The notes beneath the pieces were generated by a model. The model was not told the origin of the DNA. It made no database searches and was given only the letters and a program-made list of their open reading frames with translations. The position numbers and the translations under genes were made by a program. A stretch of DNA of 64,000 nucleotides from an uncultured Methylomirabilota bacterium (GTDB lineage: Bacteria; Methylomirabilota; Methylomirabilia; Methylomirabilales; 2-02-FULL-66-22): positions 1,312,001-1,376,000 of the forward strand of contig CAWJSJ010000002.1 of NCBI GenBank assembly GCA_963845565.1, written 5' to 3'. Numbering within the stretch: position 1 is the first letter of the stretch; each line of letters opens with the position of its first letter. Shown piece by piece: positions 30,450 to 39,938 of this stretch.

Positions 30450-31208
30450 ATGACGACGGAAGCCCAATTCATTCCGAACTACTACCGGGTCGAGAAATAT
30501 CTTCGCGATCGCATCCGCTCCGGCGAGCTCAAGCCGGGTGACCCGGTCCCCCCCGAATCCCAGCTCGTTCAGCAATTCAACATCAGTCGGATGACCGTCC
30601 GCCAGGCGCTCTCGCGCCTGGTCTTTGAGGGTCTCATCGATCGCCAGCGCGGCCGGGGCAGCTTCGTCGCCGAGGCGCGATTCCAGCACACGCATCTCTT
30701 CCCGAGCTTCGAGGAGGAGATGCAGGCGCGCGGCGCCACGACGTCGCACACGTTGATCGAGAAGCGCGTCGAGCCGGCCGAGGGGAAGGCGGCTGAGAGC
30801 CTGGGCCTCGCAAAGGGGACGCCGGTGATCGTGATCGAGCGCCAGCGGTTTGTGGACGGGCAGGTCGTCGGTTATGAGATCCGGTATTTCCCCCGCTGGA
30901 TCGGCGACGCCCTGACGACGGAAGAATTGGAGGGGCAACCCCTGGTGCCCGCCATGAAACGAATCCTGGGGCGCGTGCACACGCACCTGCGGCTCCGCAT
31001 CACGGCGTCGGTGGCCCGGGTGAAGGAAGCCAAGATCCTGGAGACGAAGGCTGGTGCCCCGATTCTGATCCGAGAGAACATCTGGTATGTGGAGCCGGAG
31101 GGGCCGATCCAGTACGGCAAGTCCCTGTATCGCGGGGACCGATACCAGATGGATCTGAATCTGACCTCGTGGCCCCAGGGTGGAGGCCCAGCGAGAGGCC
31201 AAGGCTGA
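30450..31208 (+). CDS. GntR family regulator (HutC/UTRA subfamily)
   Basis: [21 protein letters not shown]...RGRGSFV; UTRA domain ending YRGDRY. Confidence 0.95.
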   Translation: MTTEAQFIPNYYRVEKYLRDRIRSGELKPGDPVPPESQLVQQFNISRMTVRQALSRLVFEGLIDRQRGRGSFVAEARFQHTHLFPSFEEEMQARGATTSHTLIEKRVEPAEGKAAESLGLAKGTPVIVIERQRFVDGQVVGYEIRYFPRWIGDALTTEELEGQPLVPAMKRILGRVHTHLRLRITASVARVKEAKILETKAGAPILIRENIWYVEPEGPIQYGKSLYRGDRYQMDLNLTSWPQGGGPARGQG

Positions 31209-31957
31209 TGCGCCACAAGACGGTGGTTCTCTACACCCTGTCCATCCTGGCGGGGCTCGTGCTGTGGGAACTGGTGGCGGCCCAGTTCTCCAAGGTCGTC
31301 CTCTCGCCGCCTACGGCGGTGGCCACGCATCTATACGCTCACACGATCACCCTGGAGCTGCCGCGGCTCCTCTGGTATTCGTTGGGCCACACGGCTCTCG
31401 GTTACCTCTTGGCCGTGGCCGTGGCCGTTCCCCTCGGCTTCCTCATGGGGCGGAGCGAGCGAGCCTTCGCCATGTTCGACCCCATCGTGAACGCCCTCTA
31501 CTCCATTCCGACGATCGCCTTCGTGCCCTTCCTGGTGATCTGGTTCGGCCTCTTCTTTCCGGCGCGCACGGCGCTGGTCTTCATCATGTGCGTCTTTGAC
31601 ATTCTGGTGACGGTTTCGGCAGGGGCGCGGAATGTGGAGCGCACCCTGATCGATGTAGGGCGGGCGTTCGGGGCGGGGCGGTGGGACCTGTTCCGCAAGG
31701 TGCTTTTTCCCGCGAGCCTTCCCTTTTTGTTCACGGCGCTCCGGATTGGGATGGTCCGGGCGGTCATCGCCATGATCACGGCGGAGATGTTCTTCGCAGC
31801 GGTGAACCTGGGAAAATACATGCAGGCGGCGCAGAACCGGTTCGACAGCGCAGGCCTGCTTGCGGTGCTCACGATCCTGGCCGTCGTCGGCCTCCTGGCG
31901 CAGGAGGGGCTCAAAGCCCTGGAGACCAGGCTCCTTCCGTGGCACGTGAGGCACTGA
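31208..31957 (+). CDS. ABC transporter permease (NitT/TauT family)
   Basis: IPTIAFVPFLVIWFG, EAA-like loop LIDVGRAFGA, ITAEM. Confidence 0.9.
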   Translation: MRHKTVVLYTLSILAGLVLWELVAAQFSKVVLSPPTAVATHLYAHTITLELPRLLWYSLGHTALGYLLAVAVAVPLGFLMGRSERAFAMFDPIVNALYSIPTIAFVPFLVIWFGLFFPARTALVFIMCVFDILVTVSAGARNVERTLIDVGRAFGAGRWDLFRKVLFPASLPFLFTALRIGMVRAVIAMITAEMFFAAVNLGKYMQAAQNRFDSAGLLAVLTILAVVGLLAQEGLKALETRLLPWHVRH

Positions 31958-31958
31958 G

Positions 31959-32720
31959 ATGAGTCGGGTTCAACGAGTAAGCCTTCAGTGTGCGGGGATC
32001 GTGGTCACCCTCGTGGTCTGGGAGGTTGTCGGGCGGATCATGGGGGAGGCGCTCTTCGCCCCGGCCTCAGTGGTCGTCAAGGAATATCTGGAGCTCCTCC
32101 GAGACGGGACGATGCTGGCAGAGCTATTGGGATCGCTACAGCAGATGCTGGTGGGCTTCGGCCTGGCCTGCGTCGTCGGCATGCCGCTCGGGATCGCCAT
32201 GGGCCGATCCAGAGCGTGCGACGTCCTCTTCCATCCCTGGGTCAGCATGTTCGTGGTGATCTCGGTGGCGGCGCTGGTACCGCTCTTCATCCTGCTCTTC
32301 GGCAGCGGTTTCGCGTTCCGGGTGGCCATCGTCTTCATGGCGTCGGCTTGGTACATCGTGCTCACGACCTACCACGGCGCCCGGGGTGTGGAGCCGCGGT
32401 TTCTGGACGTGGCGCGCTCCTTCGCGGCCTCCCGCGGGGCCGTATTTTGGAAGGTCCTTATGCCGGCCCTGTACCCGTATTTGATCACGGGTGCCCGGAT
32501 CGGCCTGGTGCACGCGATTCGCGCGATGGTCGTGGCCGAGATGTACGTCATCGTGGGCTACGGTGGCCTAATTCACAAGACTGGCCTCAATATGAGTACG
32601 GCACCACTACTTGGCCTCTTGATCACGCTGATGATGGTGAGCCTGCTGGCCAATACGGGCCTCTACGTGGCCGGCCGGCGGATGGCGCCGTGGTACGAGG
32701 AGCGCCGGGCAGGCTGCTGA
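31959..32720 (+). CDS. ABC transporter permease (NitT/TauT family)
   Basis: FLDVARSFAAS, VVAEM; last codons and TGA supplied by repeat A copy 3. Confidence 0.9.
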   Translation: MSRVQRVSLQCAGIVVTLVVWEVVGRIMGEALFAPASVVVKEYLELLRDGTMLAELLGSLQQMLVGFGLACVVGMPLGIAMGRSRACDVLFHPWVSMFVVISVAALVPLFILLFGSGFAFRVAIVFMASAWYIVLTTYHGARGVEPRFLDVARSFAASRGAVFWKVLMPALYPYLITGARIGLVHAIRAMVVAEMYVIVGYGGLIHKTGLNMSTAPLLGLLITLMMVSLLANTGLYVAGRRMAPWYEERRAGC

Positions 32721-32833
32721 AAACGGCCCATCTGCGGCGTTGGAACGCTTGAGCACTCGCTGCGGCGTACCAGGAGTACGCCTCACTCAGCTCTACGCGT
32801 TCCGCCTTGCAGCTGGACCGTTTTGAGCAGCCT
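32710..32833 (+). mobile_element. MITE-like repeat family A, copy 3
   Basis: CAGGCTGCTGAAAACGGCCCATCTGCGGCG...GTTTTTGAGCAGCCT; outer right end degenerate. Confidence 0.8.
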
Positions 32834-32915
32834 CATCGTAGAACAGCATTTCGGTTGTGCGTTAGAACCCGAGCAGCCGTGCGGACAACGAGACAGCGGG
32901 GAAGGAGGATTGGCC

Positions 32916-33974
32916 ATGAGCGTAACGCGACGTGAAGCTCTGAAGGTCCTGGCGCTGGGCGCTGGGGCGGGCGCAATCAGTGGGGGTTTCCTGGGGGCAG
33001 CGGCCGGCCGGCCGGCGTGGGCGCAGGCCGGGCGCGTGTTGGACATCCCCGTCGTCGGCTTCACCCTGGGGATCCACGTTCCCTCCATGGCGGCCATGAA
33101 GGAGATCTTGCCGACCCTGCCGGGCAATGCGGCCGCCAAGACGACCCGGTTCGCCTCGCAGCGCGTCATCACCCAGACCATCGTGTCGGGGTCGGGGGAC
33201 ATCGGGGCGGGCGACCCGATCATCACACTACGCGCGGCCGAGGCCGGCGCGGATGTGAAGATCATCGGCCTGGTCTTCAACAGCACCAGCCTGGTGTTCG
33301 TGGTCAACGGCAACAAGGTCAAGCAGCTCCAGGATCTGCAGAAGCCGGAAATAGTGGTGGCGGTTAACTCCAAGGGGGACTTCACGCACGTGCTATTGGT
33401 GGGGCCGCTCCTCAAGCGGGGGGTGGACCTCGGCAAGGTGACAGTGGTCGAGATCGGCGGCTCCGGCGCCCGGACAAAGGCCCTCCTGGCCGGCCGGGTG
33501 GACGCGGTTCCGGTGCACTTCGACCAGGCCTTCGACATCGCGAAGCAGGGGAACTTTCCCGTCCTCCTCGATCCGGCGAAGGAGTACAAGGCATGGTTCG
33601 GCGAGGTCTACTTCGCCACCAGCGACTGGCTGAAGAAGCCGGAGAACAAGAGGGCCGCGGTGGACCTCCTCAAGGCGAACCTCATGGCCTTCCGCAAGGC
33701 CAGCAGCGACTACGCCTGGTTTGCCGCGCAATACCGGAAGCACTCGACGGTAGAGAAGGCCGCCGAGCAGGGAGACGATGTGATCAAGCCGGTCTGGGAG
33801 GTCCTCGTGAAGCAGGTGAATGCCTTCCCGGGCAACATGGACACCTTCACCGTGCAGAACTTCAAGGACCTGATTCCGGTGTACAAGGCCGCCGAATCAC
33901 TGGAGGGCAAGGTGGACGTCGCGAAGATCGTGGATCGGACCTACCTCGACCAAGCTCTGAAGGAGCTGAACTGA
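32916..33974 (+). CDS. ABC transporter substrate-binding protein (SsuA/NMT1-like, Tat signal)
   Basis: MSVTRREALK twin-arginine signal; ALLAGRVDA. Confidence 0.88.
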   Translation: MSVTRREALKVLALGAGAGAISGGFLGAAAGRPAWAQAGRVLDIPVVGFTLGIHVPSMAAMKEILPTLPGNAAAKTTRFASQRVITQTIVSGSGDIGAGDPIITLRAAEAGADVKIIGLVFNSTSLVFVVNGNKVKQLQDLQKPEIVVAVNSKGDFTHVLLVGPLLKRGVDLGKVTVVEIGGSGARTKALLAGRVDAVPVHFDQAFDIAKQGNFPVLLDPAKEYKAWFGEVYFATSDWLKKPENKRAAVDLLKANLMAFRKASSDYAWFAAQYRKHSTVEKAAEQGDDVIKPVWEVLVKQVNAFPGNMDTFTVQNFKDLIPVYKAAESLEGKVDVAKIVDRTYLDQALKELN

Positions 33975-33977
33975 TCC

Positions 33978-34781
33978 ATGGGCTCCGCCAAGCTGGAAGT
34001 GCGCAACGTCAGCAAGAGCTTCCGCCAGCCCGACGGCCAGCTCATGCCTGTGGTCGAGGCGTTCTCGCTCCAGGTCCCGAACCTGGAGTTCCTGGCCCTG
34101 CTGGGACCCAGCGGGTGCGGGAAGTCCACGCTGCTCCGGATGATCGACGGGCTGATGTCCTGCGATACAGGCTCCATCCACCTGGATGGCGAGGATATCA
34201 CCGGTCTGCCGGGGAAGGGGCGGGGGATGGTCTTCCAGACCTTCGACCTCTTTCCCTGGCGGACGGCGCTGGGCAACGTGGAGTTCGGCCTGGAAGTCCA
34301 GGGCGTCTCGAATCCGGAGCGGAGGGAACGGGCGCGGCGGTACCTTGGCCTCGTCGGGCTCCAGGGGTTCGAAGGCTCCTACCCGCATCAACTCAGCGGC
34401 GGGATGCAGCAACGGGTCGGAATCGCCCGCGCCTTCGCCATCCGGCCCGAGGTCCTCTTGATGGACGAGCCCTTCGGGGCCCTGGACGTGCAGACGCGCG
34501 ACATTCTGCAGGACGAGCTCCTGCACATCTGGGAGCAGGACCAGAAGACCGTCCTCTTCGTGACCCACGGCATCGAGGAGGCGATCTACCTGGCCGATCG
34601 GATCATCGTATTCAGCCCGCGCCCGGCTCGGATCGTCCGGGAGATCCGCGTGCCCTTCGCCCGCCCGCGCCGGGAGGAGATGAAGACCGACCCCGCCTTC
34701 CTGGAGCTGCGGCGCCAGATCTGGGCCGTCCTGAAGCAGGGAGCCGGAGGGGCCACGACATTGAGAGAGGACCCCGCATGA
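33978..34781 (+). CDS. ABC transporter ATP-binding protein (TauB/SsuB-like)
   Basis: GPSGCGKST, LSGGMQQR, LLMDEPF, FVTH. Confidence 0.95.
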   Translation: MGSAKLEVRNVSKSFRQPDGQLMPVVEAFSLQVPNLEFLALLGPSGCGKSTLLRMIDGLMSCDTGSIHLDGEDITGLPGKGRGMVFQTFDLFPWRTALGNVEFGLEVQGVSNPERRERARRYLGLVGLQGFEGSYPHQLSGGMQQRVGIARAFAIRPEVLLMDEPFGALDVQTRDILQDELLHIWEQDQKTVLFVTHGIEEAIYLADRIIVFSPRPARIVREIRVPFARPRREEMKTDPAFLELRRQIWAVLKQGAGGATTLREDPA

Positions 34782-34864
34782 ACAAGCGCGCCATCGGATG
34801 AATGCCTGTCGCCAGAACGACGGGGCCGACGCGCTGTTCGTGTCGGATTATGCCTGGGCCTAAC

Positions 34865-35119
34865 GCGCTAACGTCCCAGGGGTACGATGTCCGTTCCATC
34901 TTGTCCATACCCGTCTCCCCACCGGCAGGCACCCCCAGGGAGATTGTCAACATCCTGTCCGCCGCCGCCAAGAAGGCGGCGGAGACAGATGAGTTTAAGA
35001 CGAAAACCGCTGCCGTCGGCGCCACCCCGCGCTACATGGGTCCTGATGAGCTAGGTTCCTATTGGGACGAGATGGAGGTTGAGCTGCGAGGGCTCATCGG
35101 GATGGTCAGGCAGCCGTAA
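34865..35119 (+). pseudogene. C-terminal remnant of a tripartite tricarboxylate transporter binding protein (TctC/Bug)
   Basis: LTSQGYDV...PAGTPREIVNILSAAAKKAAETDEFK...PRYMGPDEL resembles the TctC C-terminus; no N-terminal part present. Confidence 0.6.
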
Positions 35120-35220
35120 AGAGGGGGGCGAGGGCCGCGAATTTTGCTATCGTCCATGTTCCGCGCCTTCGCGCTCTATGCGACGGGGCGCCGGAGTAGA
35201 ATTGCGCGGGAGGAATGCTC

Positions 35221-36060
35221 ATGCCGACAGCACACGTGAACGGGGTGGAGCTTTACTGGGAGGCGACCGGCGACGGTGCCCCGTTGGTCTGGGTCCACGA
35301 GTACGGCGGCGACTTGCGTTCCTGGGAGCCGCAGGTTCGGTACTTCGCCCGGCGGTTTCGCGTGGTTACGTACAATCACCGCGGGTACCCGCCGTCCACG
35401 GTCCCACACGCCGCCTGCGACTACTCCCAAGCCCTCCTGGTCGAGGATCTCCATCAGTTACTAACGCACCTCGGTTTGGGTCCGGTGCACCTCGGCGGGT
35501 GCTCGATGGGGGCCAACGTCGCCAGGGACTTTGCCCTTGACCACGCGGCGATGACCCGGAGCCTGATCCTCGTCGGCGCCGGCGCCGGCGCCGTCAACCG
35601 AGAGCAGTTTCTGCAGGCGCAGGCGGCAACCGCCGCCGGGCTCGAGCGGGAGGGCCTCGCGGCCCGAGTCCGCGCCTTCGACAGCGTGCCGACCCGAGCC
35701 TCCTTCAAGGAGAAGGACCCCCGGGGCTTCGCCGAGTTCCTGCGCCAGGCGGGGGAGCATGACGCCCAGGCGTGTGCCCATCTGGCGCGCGAGGTGATGG
35801 CCAAGCGCAAGACCATTTTCGAGTTGGAGGCCGAGTTGAAGGCCCTGCGCGTCCCCACCCTGATCCTGGTGGGTGACCGCGATGCCCCGTGTGTCGAACC
35901 CTCACTGGTGATGCGTGGATGGATCCCACACGCCGGACTGGTCCTCTTTCCGGCCTGCGGCCACACGCCGAATCTCGAAGAGCCGGGACTCTTCAATCTC
36001 CACGTCGCCGAGTTCCTCGCCGCGGTCGAGAGCGGGCGCTGGGCTGGCTGGTCCCGTTGA
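35221..36060 (+). CDS. Alpha/beta fold hydrolase
   Basis: GCSMGA nucleophile elbow, PTLILVGDRD, GHTPNLEEP. Confidence 0.92.
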   Translation: MPTAHVNGVELYWEATGDGAPLVWVHEYGGDLRSWEPQVRYFARRFRVVTYNHRGYPPSTVPHAACDYSQALLVEDLHQLLTHLGLGPVHLGGCSMGANVARDFALDHAAMTRSLILVGAGAGAVNREQFLQAQAATAAGLEREGLAARVRAFDSVPTRASFKEKDPRGFAEFLRQAGEHDAQACAHLAREVMAKRKTIFELEAELKALRVPTLILVGDRDAPCVEPSLVMRGWIPHAGLVLFPACGHTPNLEEPGLFNLHVAEFLAAVESGRWAGWSR

Positions 36061-36268
36061 GGCCGGCGCGCTCTCAGCGGCCCGGATGATTCCGGCGTGA
36101 GGTATCACGTGCGGCATACGGACCGAGGCAACGGGAAACGAACACCATGACGGCCGGTATGCCTCGAGGCGACGCAACCGGTGACGGCGTCCGCCATCGC
36201 AATATGGGCCGCCGCCGGTACTGCCCCCCGCCTCTTTCGGGCCCACCGGGCCGCGCCCGGGGTCCGGC

Positions 36269-36880
36269 TTATACGCCCGTCCGCGTGTCCGCCACCGTGC
36301 GCGACTCGACGGAGAACCACAGGAAATCCACCGTGGTCCCTGCGTCTCCCGGCGACTGCGCGAGCAGGCCGACTCGCACCGTGCGGGGAAGTGGCAGGTG
36401 GAACCGTCGCACCTTTCGCCAGGTCTTCCCGTCCAGCGCATACTGCATTCCGATGACGTCGCCGGTCCGGCAGATCTGGAGCCAGACGTCAGGGGCCCTC
36501 AGGTCCACGCCGTTGGCATCGTCGGAGAGGCCCCGGGTCACCACGCTGATGGCGGCCGTCGTCCCGAAGTTCGTGCTCTCGAAACAGAGCTTGGCCCACC
36601 GCTCCTCATCTTGGCGGACCAGGATCCCACCCGCGTCGTACCGCCCGGCGAACGCGGGACGGGCGTGCAGCCGGGCGACGAAATCGCCGGTGACATCCCT
36701 CCAGAGGTAGGGCCCGTTGTCCTTGGTTTTCTCTCCCGCCGGGTCCCGGAAATAGTCTGTGCCTGCGGGAACGGCCACCCGGATCCCGCCACCCGGCAAG
36801 GGCACCCAACGCAGCAGATGCTCCCAGGCGAACCCGTGCGCAGCCAACGTCTCTTCGGTGAGGCCCTCAAGCAAGTTCAT
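36269..36880 (-). CDS. DUF1349 (concanavalin A-like) domain protein
   Basis: TDYFRDP, YDAGGIL, WAKLCFE, SVVTRGLSDDAN, AQSP. Confidence 0.8.
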   Translation of the reverse strand: MNLLEGLTEETLAAHGFAWEHLLRWVPLPGGGIRVAVPAGTDYFRDPAGEKTKDNGPYLWRDVTGDFVARLHARPAFAGRYDAGGILVRQDEERWAKLCFESTNFGTTAAISVVTRGLSDDANGVDLRAPDVWLQICRTGDVIGMQYALDGKTWRKVRRFHLPLPRTVRVGLLAQSPGDAGTTVDFLWFSVESRTVADTRTGV

Positions 36881-36900
36881 CGGATCTCCTTCGTGACTAA

Positions 36901-37000
36901 GCCGTTGTCAAAGAATAACTTGACCGGAGATATTTCGGGAACGGCATAAGGAGCCGAAACGAAATTGTAAAACAATGGACAAGTAATTTCGTAACGGCTC
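36901..37000. mobile_element. MITE-like repeat family B, copy 1 (CTAA on both flanks)
   Basis: GCCGTTGTCA...ATTTCGTAACGGCTC; colinear similarity to 57092-57190. Confidence 0.75.
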
Positions 37001-37205
37001 CTAACGGGATGATTCTCGGTGAAGGCCAAGGTTGTTCATCGCCAGAATCTCTGTGCCGGGTGGTGCGAGAGGGGGCGCACGCGGCGGTGATCAGCGTGGT
37101 TTGTATGTACGCCGCCGGCGCGACCCTGTCAAGGACGTGGCACAAACAGTGCCATGTCATGGGCACGAAGAGGTGAGCGATGGTCCCCGCTGGATCACAT
37201 TTGCC

Positions 37206-37235
37206 TTGACGTTACAATGTCATGACATTTATATT
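37206..37235 (+). promoter_or_regulatory. sigma70 promoter with palindromic operator AATGTCATGACATT
   Basis: TTGACG-N18-TATATT; perfect 14-bp palindrome at 37216-37229. Confidence 0.72.
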
Positions 37236-37263
37236 TCCTCCCGCGAGTCGGGGAGGATCTACC

Positions 37264-38026
37264 GTGCACCCAGCCGAGAAGTTCGTGCCGAACTACTTCC
37301 GCCTCGAAAGCCATCTCCGCGAGAGCATCCGCAATGGCGATCTGAAGCCCGGCAATCCCATTCCGCCCGAATCCCATCTCTGCCAGCAATTCAGCGTCAG
37401 CCGAACGACCGTCCGGCAGGCCCTCTCCCGTCTCGTGTACGACGGCCTCATCGATCGCCATCGCGGGCGCGGCAGCTTCGTGGCGGAGCCGCGCCTCGAA
37501 CACAGCAAGACCCTTCCTGAGCTTCGAGGAGGAGATGCGGGCGCGCGGCGCGACGCACGGGCATCAAGCTGCTCGACATGCGGACGGAGCCGGCCGAGGG
37601 AAAGGTCGCCGAGAACTTGGGGCTGCCCGCGGGGACGCCGGTGATGGTCCTGGAGCGGCTGCGCTTCGTGAACGGCCAGGTTGTCGGCTACGAGATCCGG
37701 TACCTGCCCGGGCAGATCGGAGAGGCGCTCACGCCCGACGAGATCCACAACCAGCCCCTGGTGCCGGCGCTCCGTCGCATCCTGGGCAAGCCGCGGACCC
37801 GGCTGAGCCTGCAATGTGACCGCCTCGACGGCGCGCGGGACAGGAGGCCAGAGTGCTGGAGACAAAGGTCGGTGCGCCGGTCCTGGTCCGAGAGCATACC
37901 TGGTACTTCGAGCCGGAAGGGCCGATGCAGTACGGCAAGTCCATCTTCCGGGGCGACCGGTATCAGATGTCCGTGGACTTCACGGCAGCGCCGCACGGAG
38001 CAGGCGAGCGCAGAAGGCGGCAATGA
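37264..38026 (+). CDS. GntR family regulator (HutC/UTRA), paralogue of 30450; four apparent +1 frameshifts
   Basis: HPAEKFVPNYFRLESHL...[12 protein letters not shown]; reconstructed C-terminus WYFEPEGPMQYGKSIFRGDRYQM aligns with the first GntR. Confidence 0.8.
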
Positions 38027-38072
38027 ATGAGCGGCGTCCGACGCAGGATGCGTGCGAAGGAGGAGCGCATTC

Positions 38073-39104
38073 ATGAAGGCCATGAAGTTTCCAGAGGCGG
38101 GGAAGGCCGAGATCGTGGACGTGCCGGTGCCGACCCTGGGACCCGGAGAAGTGCTCGTCCGGGTGAAGGCCGCGGGGATCTGTGCCAGCGACGTGGCGGC
38201 CTTCAAGGGGACGCACAACTTTCGACGACCGCCGGTGATCACGGGTCACGAGTTGGCGGGGGAGATCGTCACGCTCGGGCCGGATGTCCCGGGTTGTCGG
38301 ACGGGCGACCGGGTCGCGCTGGAGCCGCACGTGGGCTGCGGGCACTGCGCCTATTGCCGGGAGGATAACTACCACGAGTGTCCCGAGAAGCGCTTCGTGG
38401 GGGTGGGGGAATGGATCGGGGCGTTCGCGGAATACCTTGTGGCGACGGAAAGCATGTGCCACCCGATCCCGGCCCGGATGCCGTTCGAGGAGGCTGCGAT
38501 GCTGGAGCCCTTCTGCGTGGGCTTGCACGCCGTGCGGCGGGCCGATCTCCGGATGGGTGAAACCGTGGCGATTCTCGGCGTGGGGACCATCGGGATGATG
38601 ACCCTCCTCGCCGCGCGGTGCAGCGGGCCCGGCTGGACCGTCGTGACGGACCTGAGCGCGGCCAAGCGGGACTTGGCCCTCCGTTGCGGGGCCGATGTCG
38701 CCCTCGATCCGGCGCGGGAAGACCCGGCGGCGGCTATCCTCAAGGCCACCGGAGGCCGGGGCGTAGATGTCGTCTTCGTGGCGGCAGCGGCCCCGGGCAC
38801 GCTGGAGCAGGCCGTCAACGTCTGCCGGCGGATGGGGCGCCTGGTGATCATCGCCTCGTTCTTCACGGGGGGCGGGGTGGAGGCCCGGCTCGTCCAGCAG
38901 CGCGAACAAACCATCCTGGGCACCTCGATGTACACGGGGGTGGACTACCGGCTGGCGATCCGGCTGTGGGAGCAGGGGCGCCTGGATCCATTTCCGTCCC
39001 TGGTCTCGGAGCGCATCCGGCTGGAGCAGGCGCCGGAAGCGGTTGCGGCCCTGGCCGCCGGACGGTTGCCCGACAACATCAAGACGATCATCCGGTTCGA
39101 CTAA
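38073..39104 (+). CDS. Zinc-dependent (MDR) alcohol/polyol dehydrogenase
   Basis: GICASD, GHE, CGHCAYC...C, GVGTIG. Confidence 0.93.
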   Translation: MKAMKFPEAGKAEIVDVPVPTLGPGEVLVRVKAAGICASDVAAFKGTHNFRRPPVITGHELAGEIVTLGPDVPGCRTGDRVALEPHVGCGHCAYCREDNYHECPEKRFVGVGEWIGAFAEYLVATESMCHPIPARMPFEEAAMLEPFCVGLHAVRRADLRMGETVAILGVGTIGMMTLLAARCSGPGWTVVTDLSAAKRDLALRCGADVALDPAREDPAAAILKATGGRGVDVVFVAAAAPGTLEQAVNVCRRMGRLVIIASFFTGGGVEARLVQQREQTILGTSMYTGVDYRLAIRLWEQGRLDPFPSLVSERIRLEQAPEAVAALAAGRLPDNIKTIIRFD

Positions 39105-39107
39105 CAG

Positions 39108-39232
39108 ACGAAAGCGACAGCGACAGGGACAGAAATAGGGACAGAGGAAAAGACAGCGACAGCGACAGGGACAGCAGCAGAAGAGACGGGGGCCGCGGGA
39201 GGGCCGCTGTCGCTGTCGGATCTCGCTGTCGG
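39108..39232. repeat. Hexamer-periodic repeat (GACAGC/GACAGG) with inverted GCTGTC half
   Basis: Direct reading; long imperfect hairpin between two co-oriented genes. Confidence 0.7.
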
Positions 39233-39245
39233 GAATGGAGAAGCC

Positions 39246-39938
39246 ATGCGTATTGTTGACCTGACCATGGAACTGGAAGACAACATGTCCACCCACCCGG
39301 CGCACGCGCGCTGCGTGGTGCTGGAATTCGCGAACCACGCCGGGACGGCGCCGCGCTTCACGCCTCCGTGCCAGGGGTTTGCCTCGCGCGTCCTGATGTT
39401 CTCCGATCACATCGGAACCCACGTGGACTCACCCTTCCATTTCATCCCCACGGCGGGTACCATCGAATCGATCCCGCTGGAGCAATTCATCGGGCCCGCC
39501 GTGTGCCTGGACGTCTCGGCCAAGCGACCCGACGAGCCGGCCACTCCGCAGATGTTCGAAGCGGCAGAGCGGACGGCGGGCGTCCGGGTGCAGCGGGGCG
39601 ACATCCTGCTCTTCCGGGCCTGGCCGGGCCACCACACCGAGGCCGGTTTCCTGCGCTGCGCCGGGATGAACCGGGCCGCGGCCGAGTGGGCGGCGTCGCG
39701 CGGGGTGAAAGTCGTGGGGTGCGACCTGGCCAGCCCCGACGATCCCAAGGACATGGTCCGTCCCGTCCACCTGACCCTTCTGGGACAAGGCATCCTGATC
39801 ATGGAGCACATCGCCAACCTGGAGACGCTCCCCGGACCGCGATTCCAGTTCGTCGGGCTTCCGCTGCGGGTCAAGGGTGCCACCGGGTCGCCCATCCGGG
39901 CCGTCGCCATCTTCGAGGATAAAGGAGGCAAGGCATGA
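39246..39938 (+). CDS. Cyclase family (kynurenine formamidase-like) metal hydrolase
   Basis: HIGTHVDSPFHF, GCD..SPD, IMEHIANL, GATGSPIRAVA. Confidence 0.92.
   Translation: MRIVDLTMELEDNMSTHPAHARCVVLEFANHAGTAPRFTPPCQGFASRVLMFSDHIGTHVDSPFHFIPTAGTIESIPLEQFIGPAVCLDVSAKRPDEPATPQMFEAAERTAGVRVQRGDILLFRAWPGHHTEAGFLRCAGMNRAAAEWAASRGVKVVGCDLASPDDPKDMVRPVHLTLLGQGILIMEHIANLETLPGPRFQFVGLPLRVKGATGSPIRAVAIFEDKGGKA

Noticed and set aside
32712..32725. Selenocysteine read-through at GGC-TGC-TGA of the ABC permease
   Set aside because: The TGA comes from the inserted repeat end, the permease is already full length, and no selenoprotein family fits
37138..37154. sigma54 promoter TGGCAC-N5-GTGC
   Set aside because: Imperfect -12 element, no enhancer-binding protein nearby, and sigma70-like promoters already serve both flanking genes
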